Positions 49,098 through 57,971 of a stretch of 64,000 nucleotides of DNA are shown here, piece by piece. Both the position numbers and the translations under genes were made by a program. Origin of the DNA: Rhodoferax sp. (GTDB lineage: Bacteria; Pseudomonadota; Gammaproteobacteria; Burkholderiales; Burkholderiaceae_C); the NCBI GenBank assembly GCA_044373655.1, contig JBILPS010000004.1, positions 6,902-70,901 of the forward strand, in the 5' to 3' direction. The notes under the pieces are model-generated. The model made no database searches and had not been told where the DNA came from. It was given only the letters and a program-made list of their open reading frames with translations. The stretch's first letter is position 1; every line of letters begins with the position of its first letter.

Positions 49098-50672
49098 ATG
49101 GCAAATGTCGAACACAACAGCGACGCAGGCATCATCCTGGACCGTCGCCAAATCATTCTCGGAGCTTCGGCCGTTGGCTTAGCATCCACTTTGGGTGTAT
49201 CTCCCGCCATGGCGCAAAGCGCGCCGAAAAAAGGCGGCACGCTGCGCATGGGCATGGAAGGGGGCTCGCCGTCGGACAGCCTGGACCCCGTGACCTATGC
49301 AGACTCCATCCCCATCACCATGAGCCTGATGCTGTGGAACAACCTGGTGGAAGTGGGCGACAACGGCGACGCAACCCCCGAATTGTTCGAGAGCTGGGAT
49401 GTCAAGCCCGGCGCTGCCGACTGGACCTTCAATGTGCGCAAGGGCATCACGTTCACATCCGGCAAAACGCTGGACGCTGATGACGTGATCTATTCTCTGA
49501 ACATGCATCGCGGTGAGACCAAATCGCCTGCCAAAGCACTTTTGGCCGACATCAAAGAGATCAAAAAGCTGTCTGCCACCCAGGTACAAATCACCATGAA
49601 CAAGGGCAACGTGGATCTGCCCTTCAACCTGAGCGACTACCACATCATCGTGGTGCCCAACGGTTTCAAAGACTTCAGCAAGCCCGATGGCACCGGTGCC
49701 TTCACGCTGGACGAATTCCAGCCTGGTGTGCGTGCGACCTTCAAGCGCAAGCCTGGCAACTACTGGAAGCCCAACCGTGGCAACTTTGACCGTGTTGAAC
49801 TGATTTACATCCAAGATGCCAACCAACGCACCACCGCTTTGCAAACCGGCACGGTCGACATCATCAACCGGGTGAGCCCCAAGACCGCTGCCTTGTTGGC
49901 CAAAAACTCGGCGATCAAAGTCTCGCGCACCCCCGGCATGGGCAACCGCTTCTGCTTTGTCGCGCACACCGACAAGTCGCCCTTCAACAACCAAGACGTG
50001 ATGCTGGCACTGAAGTACGGCGTTGACCGCCAGAAAATCGTGGACAACGTCTATAGCGGCTACGCTTCTATCGGTAACGACAACTGCGTCGGACCGAAGA
50101 TGAAGTTCTACAACCCCAACCAGACCATGAACCGCTTTGACCCAGAAAAAGCCAAGTTCCACATGAAGAAATCAGGCCATACGGGCGCGATTGAATTGCA
50201 AGTGTCCGAAGGCGCGTTTTCGGGCGCCACCGATGCAGGTCAGATCTTCCAGGAATCGCTGTCCAAGGCCGGTATCAACCTGGACTTGAAGCGCGTCTCG
50301 GGCGACGGCTACTGGGACAATGTCTGGCTCAAGCAGCCTTTCTGCGCGGTGTACTGGGGCAACCGTCCCACCATCGACAACCAGCTCACCTCGACCTTCT
50401 ACGGCGGCTTGGGCAATCCCTGGAACGACAGCCATTTTGTCAACGCGGAATTCAGCAAGGCGCTGGAAGCAGCCCGTATCGAAATCGACCAGAAGAAGCG
50501 TCAAGACCTGTACTCTCGTTGCCAAGAACTGGTGTCGCAAAACGCCGGCATGATCAACTACGCAGTGCAGGATTACCTTGACGCGCACAGCACCAAGCTG
50601 CAAGGCCTGACGCCATCGGGCCGCTACGACATGGGTGACGACCGTATCCCTGAAAAAGGCTGGTTCGCCTAA
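49098..50672 (+). CDS. Family-5 (Dpp/Opp-type) ABC substrate-binding protein with Tat signal
   Basis: DRRQIILGASAVGLAS twin-arginine leader, KKGGTLRMG, SDSLDP, RKGITF.SGKTLDADDVIYS; start re-called at 49098 (RBS GGAGA). Confidence 0.9.
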   Translation: MANVEHNSDAGIILDRRQIILGASAVGLASTLGVSPAMAQSAPKKGGTLRMGMEGGSPSDSLDPVTYADSIPITMSLMLWNNLVEVGDNGDATPELFESWDVKPGAADWTFNVRKGITFTSGKTLDADDVIYSLNMHRGETKSPAKALLADIKEIKKLSATQVQITMNKGNVDLPFNLSDYHIIVVPNGFKDFSKPDGTGAFTLDEFQPGVRATFKRKPGNYWKPNRGNFDRVELIYIQDANQRTTALQTGTVDIINRVSPKTAALLAKNSAIKVSRTPGMGNRFCFVAHTDKSPFNNQDVMLALKYGVDRQKIVDNVYSGYASIGNDNCVGPKMKFYNPNQTMNRFDPEKAKFHMKKSGHTGAIELQVSEGAFSGATDAGQIFQESLSKAGINLDLKRVSGDGYWDNVWLKQPFCAVYWGNRPTIDNQLTSTFYGGLGNPWNDSHFVNAEFSKALEAARIEIDQKKRQDLYSRCQELVSQNAGMINYAVQDYLDAHSTKLQGLTPSGRYDMGDDRIPEKGWFA

Positions 50673-50681
50673 ATTTGCAAG

Positions 50682-50760
50682 GACGCCGCTCTGACAACCG
50701 GCGGCGTCGTTTTGTGAATGATAAAAAAGGGCTTGGGCTTTCGCCCAGCCCTTTTTTTTA
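50682..50760 (+). terminator. Two tandem hairpins after the SBP gene, the second a strong intrinsic terminator
   Basis: GACGCCGC (50682-50689)/GCGGCGTC (50701-50708), then AAAAAAGGGCTTGGGC-TTTC-GCCCAGCCCTTTTTTT (50723-50759). Confidence 0.75.
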
Positions 50761-50847
50761 TGCTTTCTTTGGTAAGCTTGTCATGGCGTTATGCTATGCG
50801 TAGCGGTGCAATTGCCGCCTCTTATTTTTAACTAACGATAGCTCGTC

Positions 50848-51795
50848 ATGGCCAAGTTGATTGTGTACCGGCTGCTTTTGGGGATACTGACCCTGTTTGC
50901 AGTTTCGGTGTTGATTTTTGTGTGTACGCAAATTTTGCCGGGCGATGTCGCTTCGGCCGTGCTGGGACAAGGCGCAACACCCGAGGCGCTGATCGTGTTT
51001 CGCCGCGAACTGGGCTTGGATGTTCCCGCCCACCTGCGCTACTGGAATTGGCTGGTCGGCGCGCTGCACGGCGACCTGGGTGTGGCACTGACCAATAAGC
51101 GCGTCATCATCGACGATCTGCTGCCGCGCTTGCGCAATACCTTGTTTTTGGCCGGCTATGCAGCCGTCGTCGCCATTCCCCTGTCTGTCGGTCTGGGCGT
51201 GCTGGCAGCTATCAATGAAGGCAAACTGTCAGACCGCCTGTCCAATATCCTGACCTTGATTGCCATCTCGCTGCCTGAATTTTTTATCGCCTACTTGCTC
51301 ATCATATTTTTCTCGGTACAGTTTCAGTGGTTCCCCTCCTTGGCCATGGTGTCCAACAGCATGAGCTTCGGTGACCGTGTGTTCCAAACCACGATGCCTG
51401 CGATTACGCTCACGCTCTTGGTCGCTGCGCACATGTTGCGCATGACGCGCAGCTCGGTGCTCTCGGTCATGTCCACGCCTTATATCGAAATGGCCTTTCT
51501 CAAAGGCGCACCGCGTAAACGCGTCATCGTGACCCATGCCCTGCCCAATGCGGCTGCGCCCATCATCACCGTGATCGCGCTCAATATGGCCTACCTGGTG
51601 GTCGGTGTGGTGGTGATCGAAGCGGTGTTTGTCTATCCCGGCCTGGGTCAGTACATGGTCGATGCCGTGTCCAAACGCGATGTACCGGTGATTCAGGCCT
51701 GCGGCCTGACGTTTGCCACCGTCTTTGTGCTGCTCAACACGCTGGCCGACATCCTGGTCATTCTGGTCAATCCGCGTCTGCGCCACCAGCGCTAA
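50848..51795 (+). CDS. Dpp/Opp-type ABC permease (DppB-like)
   Basis: ILPGDVA, RYWNWL...GDLG, RMTRSSVL, VSKRDVPVIQA. Confidence 0.92.
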   Translation: MAKLIVYRLLLGILTLFAVSVLIFVCTQILPGDVASAVLGQGATPEALIVFRRELGLDVPAHLRYWNWLVGALHGDLGVALTNKRVIIDDLLPRLRNTLFLAGYAAVVAIPLSVGLGVLAAINEGKLSDRLSNILTLIAISLPEFFIAYLLIIFFSVQFQWFPSLAMVSNSMSFGDRVFQTTMPAITLTLLVAAHMLRMTRSSVLSVMSTPYIEMAFLKGAPRKRVIVTHALPNAAAPIITVIALNMAYLVVGVVVIEAVFVYPGLGQYMVDAVSKRDVPVIQACGLTFATVFVLLNTLADILVILVNPRLRHQR

Positions 51796-51818
51796 GCCAT
51801 TTTCGATTCGCTAAAGCC

Positions 51819-52652
51819 ATGAAACTCTTCGGACACAAACTCACCGCCTCTGCCGCCTTTGGCATCGCGGTGGTCAGCCTTTTTGTATTTATATCGGTGT
51901 TCACGCCGTGGATCGCACCGTATTCCGAATCGGCCAATGTCGGCGGCACCTGGGACGAGCCTTCCGCGAAGATGCTCTTCGGCGCGGACCAGATCGGGCG
52001 CGACATGCTCACCCGCATGATGTACGGCAGCCGCATGACGATTGGCGTAGCGCTGGCGATTACCGCCTTGTCTTTTTTGATCGGCATCCTGACCGGCCTG
52101 GTCAGCGCCGTAGTAGGCGGGGTGGTGGATGTGTTTTTCACCCGCTTAGTTGATGTGATGCTGTCCATCCCCAGCCTGATTTTTGCGCTGATCATTCTGG
52201 GCGTTTTTGGCTCCAGCATCCCCACCTTGATTTTGACGATTGCGGTGCTGGACTCCACCCGCGTATTTCGCCTGGCGCGCGCTCTGGGCATGAACCTGAC
52301 GGTGATGGAATATGTGGAAGCCGCGCGCCTGCGTGGCGAAGGCCTGTGGTGGGTGATTACCCGCGAAATCCTGCCCAATGCCTGGGCGCCGCTGGTCTCC
52401 GAATTCGGTCTGCGTTTTTGCTTTAACTTTTTGTTTATCGCCGGCCTGTCCTTTCTGGGCCTGGGTATCCAACCCCCCTATGCCGACTTAGGCGGCATGG
52501 TGCGCGAGAACGCCGCTGCGATTAACTTCGGCATGATGGCGCCGATTTACCCTGCGACAGCGATTGCGCTGCTGACCGTGTCGGTCAATCTGGTGGTGGA
52601 CTGGATGCTGTCGATTGATGCGCGCCCTTCTGGCGCTCAGGCTGAACTCTAA
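51819..52652 (+). CDS. Dpp/Opp-type ABC permease (DppC-like)
   Basis: FGADQIGRDMLTR, YVEAARLRGE, GLSFLGLGIQPP. Confidence 0.92.
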   Translation: MKLFGHKLTASAAFGIAVVSLFVFISVFTPWIAPYSESANVGGTWDEPSAKMLFGADQIGRDMLTRMMYGSRMTIGVALAITALSFLIGILTGLVSAVVGGVVDVFFTRLVDVMLSIPSLIFALIILGVFGSSIPTLILTIAVLDSTRVFRLARALGMNLTVMEYVEAARLRGEGLWWVITREILPNAWAPLVSEFGLRFCFNFLFIAGLSFLGLGIQPPYADLGGMVRENAAAINFGMMAPIYPATAIALLTVSVNLVVDWMLSIDARPSGAQAEL

Positions 52653-52667
52653 GAAAGACCGAAGGGT

Positions 52668-54284
52668 ATGGTTGATTCCACTATTTTGCGTATCAGCGGC
52701 TTGCGGCTGGTCAGCGTCACAGGCAATGTCATTGTGGACAATGTAGATCTGCAATTGCAGCGCGGCGAGGTGCTCGGCCTGATCGGCGAGAGCGGTGCTG
52801 GCAAATCCACCATCGGCTTGTCCAGCATGTGCTACGCCCGTGCCGGTTTGCATATTGCGGGCGGCGAAGTCGTGCTCGATGGCGTCAACATCCGGGCCTT
52901 AGATGCCGAAGGCCGGCGCCAGGTGCGCGGCAAGCGCATTGCCTATATCGCCCAATCCGCTGCGGCCGCCTTCAACCCGGCCCACAGCCTGATGGACCAG
53001 GTCTGCGAAGCGCCGGTGCTGCACAAGCTGATGACCCGCTCTCAAGCTGAGGCTTGGGCACGCGAATTGTTTGTAGCGCTTGACCTGCCAGACCCACAAA
53101 ACTTTGGCAGCCGCTACCCGCACCAGGTCTCGGGCGGGCAATTGCAGCGCGCCATGGCGGCCATGGCCATGTCTTGCCGCCCTGATGTATTGGTGCTGGA
53201 CGAGCCCACCACCGCGCTGGATGTGACCACCCAAATTGAAGTGCTGATTTTGCTCAAGTCCCTGATCCGCCAGTACGGCACAGCGGCTTTGTACATCACC
53301 CATGACTTGGCGGTGGTGGCCCAAGTGGCCGACCGCATCAAGGTGCTGCGCCACGGCAAAGAAGTCGAAGAAGGGCTGACGCCGCAAATCCTGCACGAGG
53401 CACGGCAGGACTACACCGCACGCCTGGTAGCGGTGCGCGGTGCGGCAGCCAGCGAGCGCGCCGTCGGCGCCACGGTACAGCCAGAAACCGTGTTGAAAGT
53501 ACAAGACTGCCACGCCTATTACGGCGACTTCCATGTGGTGCGCGGCGTATCCTTGGACGTGCAGCGCGGCGAAACCGTGGCCGTGGTCGGCGAATCGGGT
53601 TCGGGTAAATCGACATTGGCGCGCATCATCACCGGCCTGTTGCCCCCGCGCAGCGGACAAATTCTGTTCCAGGACAAGGCGCTTCCCGCCATGCTCAAAC
53701 AACGCAGCAAAGAGCTTAAACGCACGATTCAGCTGGTCTACCAAATCCCAGATGTGGCGATCAACCCGCGTCAGACCTTACGCGAAATCATCGGCCGGCC
53801 GGTGGAGTTTTATTTCGGTGTCGGACGCGCCGAGGTCAACGCGCGTGCAGAAGAACTCATGACGCTGGTGGAGTTACCCCAGGACTACCTGGAGCGCCGC
53901 CCGGGCCAGTTGTCCGGCGGGCAAAAGCAGCGCGTTTGCATCGCCCGCGCGCTGGCGGCCAAGCCCGACCTCATCATCCTGGACGAGCCCACCTCAGCCC
54001 TGGACCCACTGGTCGCCGAAGAAATATTGACGCTGCTGCGCAAATTGCAGCGCGAGCTAGGCCTGTCCTACATCCTGATCACCCACGACCTGGACGTGGT
54101 GCACCGCATCGCCCACCGCACGGCGGTGATGTTGCAAGGCCAGTTTGTGGCCTTTGATACCACCGACAAAATCTTCGAAAACCCCGAACACCCCTACACC
54201 CAAAAACTGATCACCGCCGTGCCGGAAATGCGCGTCGATTGGTTGGACGAGGTGTTGGCTAAGCGGCAAAAAATCGCGGCTTAA
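52668..54284 (+). CDS. Fused double ATP-binding subunit (DppD/F-like)
   Basis: Two Walker A (GESGAGKS, GESGSGKS) and two signature motifs (VSGGQLQR, LSGGQKQR). Confidence 0.93.
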   Translation: MVDSTILRISGLRLVSVTGNVIVDNVDLQLQRGEVLGLIGESGAGKSTIGLSSMCYARAGLHIAGGEVVLDGVNIRALDAEGRRQVRGKRIAYIAQSAAAAFNPAHSLMDQVCEAPVLHKLMTRSQAEAWARELFVALDLPDPQNFGSRYPHQVSGGQLQRAMAAMAMSCRPDVLVLDEPTTALDVTTQIEVLILLKSLIRQYGTAALYITHDLAVVAQVADRIKVLRHGKEVEEGLTPQILHEARQDYTARLVAVRGAAASERAVGATVQPETVLKVQDCHAYYGDFHVVRGVSLDVQRGETVAVVGESGSGKSTLARIITGLLPPRSGQILFQDKALPAMLKQRSKELKRTIQLVYQIPDVAINPRQTLREIIGRPVEFYFGVGRAEVNARAEELMTLVELPQDYLERRPGQLSGGQKQRVCIARALAAKPDLIILDEPTSALDPLVAEEILTLLRKLQRELGLSYILITHDLDVVHRIAHRTAVMLQGQFVAFDTTDKIFENPEHPYTQKLITAVPEMRVDWLDEVLAKRQKIAA

Positions 54285-54301
54285 AAAAAACACACTCCAA
54301 C

Positions 54302-54330
54302 AAAAAAGGCTCGCAATTGCGAGCCTTTTT
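54302..54330. terminator. Bidirectional terminator between the transporter operon and mttB
   Basis: AAAAAGGCTCGC-AATT-GCGAGCCTTTTT perfect palindrome. Confidence 0.88.
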
Positions 54331-54367
54331 CATGTTGCCAAACCCATGAGGCGCATGCGCTACATCC

Positions 54368-55954
54368 TCAGATATTAGAGTCTGGAAACGAAGCCTTGCG
54401 CCGGTTGACGTAGTCCAGCACGGCCTCGTCGGCGGCCGGGTCCAGGGCCGGGGCTTCGTACTCCGCCAGGTTTTTCTTCCACAGGGAATTGGCGCGCACT
54501 GACAGGTCCACGCCGCCTTCAGCTTCCCATTGCTCAAAGCTGTTGTTGTCAGTTATCGGCGAGCGGTAAAACGCGGTTTCGAAGTTGGCCTGGGTGTGGG
54601 CGCAACCCAAAAAGTGTTTGCCCGGGCCGACTTCGCGGATGGCGTCCATGGCCTGGCCGTTTTCGCTCATGTCCACACCAGCCATCAAGGTGTGCATCAT
54701 GCCGGCCTGGTCGCAGTCCATGATGAATTTTTCATAGCCCATGGACAAGCCGCCTTCGAGCCAACCGGCGGTATGCAGCACAAAGTTGACGCCGGCCAGG
54801 CAGGTGGGAATCATGGTGTTGGCCGATTCGGAGGCGGCTTGCGCATCGGCAATTTTGGAGCCGCACAAACCACCACCGGAGCGAAAGGGCACGCCCAGAC
54901 GGCGCGCCAGGGCGGCCATCACATACAGCACCAGCGCCGGTTCCGGCGTACCAAAAGTGGGTGCGCCCGACTGCATAGACACCGAAGACGCAAAACTGCC
55001 CAGCACCACCGGCGCGCCGGGGTTGACCAGTTGCACAAAAGCCATACCCGCCAGGGCTTCGGCCAGGGTTTGCGCGCAGGTGCCGGCCACGGTGACCGGC
55101 GACATGGCGCCAGCCAAAATAAAGGGCGTGATGATGGTGGCCTGGTTGGCCCGCGCATAGACCTTGGCCGCGCCCAGCATGGTCTCGTCAAAGGTCATGG
55201 GCGAGTTGGCGTTGATCAGGCTGATGCAGACGGTGCGGTTTTTACCCGTGGCCGGGTCGATAAAGTTGTCGCCAAACAGTCGCGCCGCCATTTCCACCGT
55301 GTCTTGCGCACGCTCAGGTTTGGTGACCGAGCCCATAAAGGGCTTATCGCTGTACTTCATGTGCGCATAGACCATGTCGAAATGGCGCTTGTTCACCGGC
55401 AGGTCCACCGGCTCGCAAATCGTGCCACCGCTGTGGTGAATGGAATTGGCCATATAGGCCAGCTTCACAAAGTTTTCAAAGTCATGCAAGGTGGCGTAAC
55501 GCCTGCCTTTGTCCAGATCGCGCACAAAGGGTGAGCCATAGGAGGGGGCAAACACGGTGTTCTTGCCGCCGATGACGACGTTATGCGCCGGATTGCGCGC
55601 GTATTGGGTAAATTGGCGCGGCGCGCTGGCTTGCACAATGGCGCGGCACATGCCACCAGGAAAGCGCACGCGCTCGCCCGTGACTTCAGCCCCGGCTTTG
55701 CGCCAGATGTCCAGCGCTTCAGCGTCGTCACGAAAATCGATGCCGACTTCTTCCAAGATCGTGTTGGCATTGCGCTCGATGATGGCCAGGCCTTCTTCGT
55801 CCAGCACTTCGTAAAAGGGAATGTTGCGCGTAATAAAAGGCGCGGCTTGTGCGCTGCGGGCAGAACGCAAGGCGCGCTTGGCTTCACGGCCTCCGGCACT
55901 GCGGCGGGTGCGCGGCGCGCTGTCGGCGTCAGTCAGGGTCACACTATCGTCCAT
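54368..55954 (-). CDS. mttB: Trimethylamine methyltransferase family protein without pyrrolysine (MtgB-like, candidate betaine demethylase)
   Basis: ILEEVGIDF, GSPFVRDLD.GRRYAT, INANSP, MQSGAPTFGTPE, HTAGWLEGGL; open frame with no in-frame amber; start re-called at 55954. Confidence 0.87.
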   Translation of the reverse strand: MDDSVTLTDADSAPRTRRSAGGREAKRALRSARSAQAAPFITRNIPFYEVLDEEGLAIIERNANTILEEVGIDFRDDAEALDIWRKAGAEVTGERVRFPGGMCRAIVQASAPRQFTQYARNPAHNVVIGGKNTVFAPSYGSPFVRDLDKGRRYATLHDFENFVKLAYMANSIHHSGGTICEPVDLPVNKRHFDMVYAHMKYSDKPFMGSVTKPERAQDTVEMAARLFGDNFIDPATGKNRTVCISLINANSPMTFDETMLGAAKVYARANQATIITPFILAGAMSPVTVAGTCAQTLAEALAGMAFVQLVNPGAPVVLGSFASSVSMQSGAPTFGTPEPALVLYVMAALARRLGVPFRSGGGLCGSKIADAQAASESANTMIPTCLAGVNFVLHTAGWLEGGLSMGYEKFIMDCDQAGMMHTLMAGVDMSENGQAMDAIREVGPGKHFLGCAHTQANFETAFYRSPITDNNSFEQWEAEGGVDLSVRANSLWKKNLAEYEAPALDPAADEAVLDYVNRRKASFPDSNI

Positions 55955-56030
55955 GGCAAATCTCCAGTCAGTACAAAGCTCCGAGCATCGATGAGTATCT
56001 CTAGTGCCCAAGCCTAGCCCAAGTCATACT

Positions 56031-56091
56031 GCGACACCTACTTGCATCTAAACGCCAGAGGTCCTGTCGCACATGTATCCTGGCGCGTCGT
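56031..56091. promoter_or_regulatory. 21-bp-spaced half-site pair upstream of sdaA, plus a single site toward mttB
   Basis: Plus strand TGTCGC (56065) and CGTCGT (56086); minus strand TGTCGC at 56036-56031. Confidence 0.45.
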
Positions 56092-56159
56092 ATGGCGAAC
56101 AATAGGCAGGTGCGCGCCCAATTCACAATCTCTGTCTGCGGCTTTATAGGGTTACATCC

Positions 56160-57563
56160 ATGTCTTTAAGCGTTTTTGACCTTTTCAAGATCGGAATCGG
56201 CCCCTCGTCTTCGCACACCGTAGGGCCGATGAAGGCGGCCGCCATGTTCGCCAAAGCGCTGGCGCAGGACGCCATGCTGGCCGCCACCGCGCGGGTGGAA
56301 GTGCGTTTGTACGGATCGCTGGGCGCCACCGGCAAAGGCCACGGCACCGATACCGCCGTGATGCTGGGTCTGGAAGGCCTGATGCCCGATAGCATAGACC
56401 CGGACAGCATCGATGCGCGGCTGAAGAAAATACGCAAAGAAAAAGTCCTTCAGCTGCACGGCAGCCACCCGATTGCCTTCGCTGAAAAAAGCGATGTGCT
56501 GTTTTTGCGGCGCGAAACCCTGTCCTTCCATCCCAATGGCGTGAAGTTCATGGCTTTGGACGCGGCAGGCGGCCTGCTGCAAGAGCGGCGTTATTTTTCG
56601 GTGGGCGGCGGATTTGTGGTCTCACAGGAAGACGCCGATGCCGAACACGCCGCCACCCAGGAAGCACCGCGCATCGTGGCCGACCGCACCGTGCTGGCCT
56701 ATCCATTCTTAAGCGGCGACGCCTTGCTAGACATCACCGCCAACACCGGCATGTCGATTGCCCAGGTGATGCGCGCCAACGAGCACGCCTGGCGCACCGA
56801 TGAAGAGGTCGATGCCGGCTTGGATGCGATTTGGGACGCCATGAAGGCCTGCGTGGCACGCGGCATACGCACTGATGGCCATCTGCCCGGCAACCTGATG
56901 GTCAAGCGCCGGGCTGCCGAATTGCACCGCAGCCTGAGCAGCCGCCCCGAAGAGGCGCTGCGCGACCAATTAACGATTTTGGACTTTGTCAACGTCTATG
57001 CCATGGCGGTGAACGAAGAAAACGCTGCGGGTGGCCGGGTAGTGACGGCGCCCACCAATGGTGCGGCCGGCATCATGCCGGCAGTCATGCACTACTACGA
57101 GCGCTTTATTTCCGGCGCTAACCAGCAAGGCATACGCGACTTTTTGCTCACCGCTGGGGCCATTGGCATCCTGTACAAAGAAAACGCTTCTATTAGCGGC
57201 GCCGAAGTGGGCTGCCAGGGCGAAGTGGGCGTAGCCTGCTCGATGGCAGCGGCCGGGCTGGCAGCCGTAATGGGCGGCACACCGGCCCAGGTAGAGAACG
57301 CGGCTGAGATCGGCATGGAACACAACCTGGGCTTGACCTGCGATCCGGTCGGCGGACGGGTGCAGATTCCCTGCATCGAGCGCAACGCCATGGGCTCGGT
57401 CAAAGCGCTGAACGCGGCCCGCATGGCTATGCGCGGCGACGGCACGCACTTTGTGTCGCTGGACCAGGTGATTAAAACCATGCGTGATACGGGGCGTGAC
57501 ATGATGACAAAATACAAAGAGACCAGCCGGGGCGGGCTGGCCGTCAATGTAATCGAGTGCTAA
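56160..57563 (+). CDS. sdaA: L-serine ammonia-lyase (Fe-S)
   Basis: [67 protein letters not shown]. Confidence 0.97.
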   Translation: MSLSVFDLFKIGIGPSSSHTVGPMKAAAMFAKALAQDAMLAATARVEVRLYGSLGATGKGHGTDTAVMLGLEGLMPDSIDPDSIDARLKKIRKEKVLQLHGSHPIAFAEKSDVLFLRRETLSFHPNGVKFMALDAAGGLLQERRYFSVGGGFVVSQEDADAEHAATQEAPRIVADRTVLAYPFLSGDALLDITANTGMSIAQVMRANEHAWRTDEEVDAGLDAIWDAMKACVARGIRTDGHLPGNLMVKRRAAELHRSLSSRPEEALRDQLTILDFVNVYAMAVNEENAAGGRVVTAPTNGAAGIMPAVMHYYERFISGANQQGIRDFLLTAGAIGILYKENASISGAEVGCQGEVGVACSMAAAGLAAVMGGTPAQVENAAEIGMEHNLGLTCDPVGGRVQIPCIERNAMGSVKALNAARMAMRGDGTHFVSLDQVIKTMRDTGRDMMTKYKETSRGGLAVNVIEC

Positions 57564-57571
57564 CCATCCGT

Positions 57572-57961
57572 ATGCTTTCGCTAAAAATTCTGAGACCTTG
57601 GCTGCTCCTGGGCCTTTGCGCGCTCACCGCTGCGTCTGCCGCCCTAGCCCAAGAGGGAGAGGCTTGCCGCAGCCTGTGCCGCTCGGAAAAAGCGCAATGC
57701 AGTAAAAATAATGGTCCCAGCGCCTGGCTGGGCGCAGCGACCTTGTTTTTGCACGACTCCCTGAGCGCGTGGCGCACGCGCAGCGGCACGCTGACCGACT
57801 CTTCGCAATGGCTGCAGCAACGCAGCGACAACAACAGCGACCGCAAAAGCGCCACCCAAGAACTGCAACAGCAGTGTGAAAACCAATTTATGCAATGCGC
57901 GCAGGCCTGCACAGCCAGCACTGTGCCCGCCGCGCCGTCTTCATCACCTCAGCCGCAATGA
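57572..57961 (+). CDS. Small secreted hypothetical protein with mirror-image Cys motifs
   Basis: Signal-peptide-like N-terminus ending ALA-QE; C-X3-C-X6-C and C-X6-C-X3-C; fills the sdaA-soxB gap on the coding strand. Confidence 0.65.
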   Translation: MLSLKILRPWLLLGLCALTAASAALAQEGEACRSLCRSEKAQCSKNNGPSAWLGAATLFLHDSLSAWRTRSGTLTDSSQWLQQRSDNNSDRKSATQELQQQCENQFMQCAQACTASTVPAAPSSSPQPQ

Positions 57962-57971
57962 AAGTATTCCT

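Noticed and set aside
49098-50672. Horizontal transfer of the family-5 SBP gene inferred from its apparent preference for AAG/TTC/AAC codons
   Set aside because: This is an impression by eye, not computed, and is equally explained by high expression.
54368-55954. Pyrrolysine recoding or methanogenesis-type trimethylamine methyltransferase
   Set aside because: The frame is open with no in-frame TAG, and no pyl genes or tRNA-Pyl are in the window.
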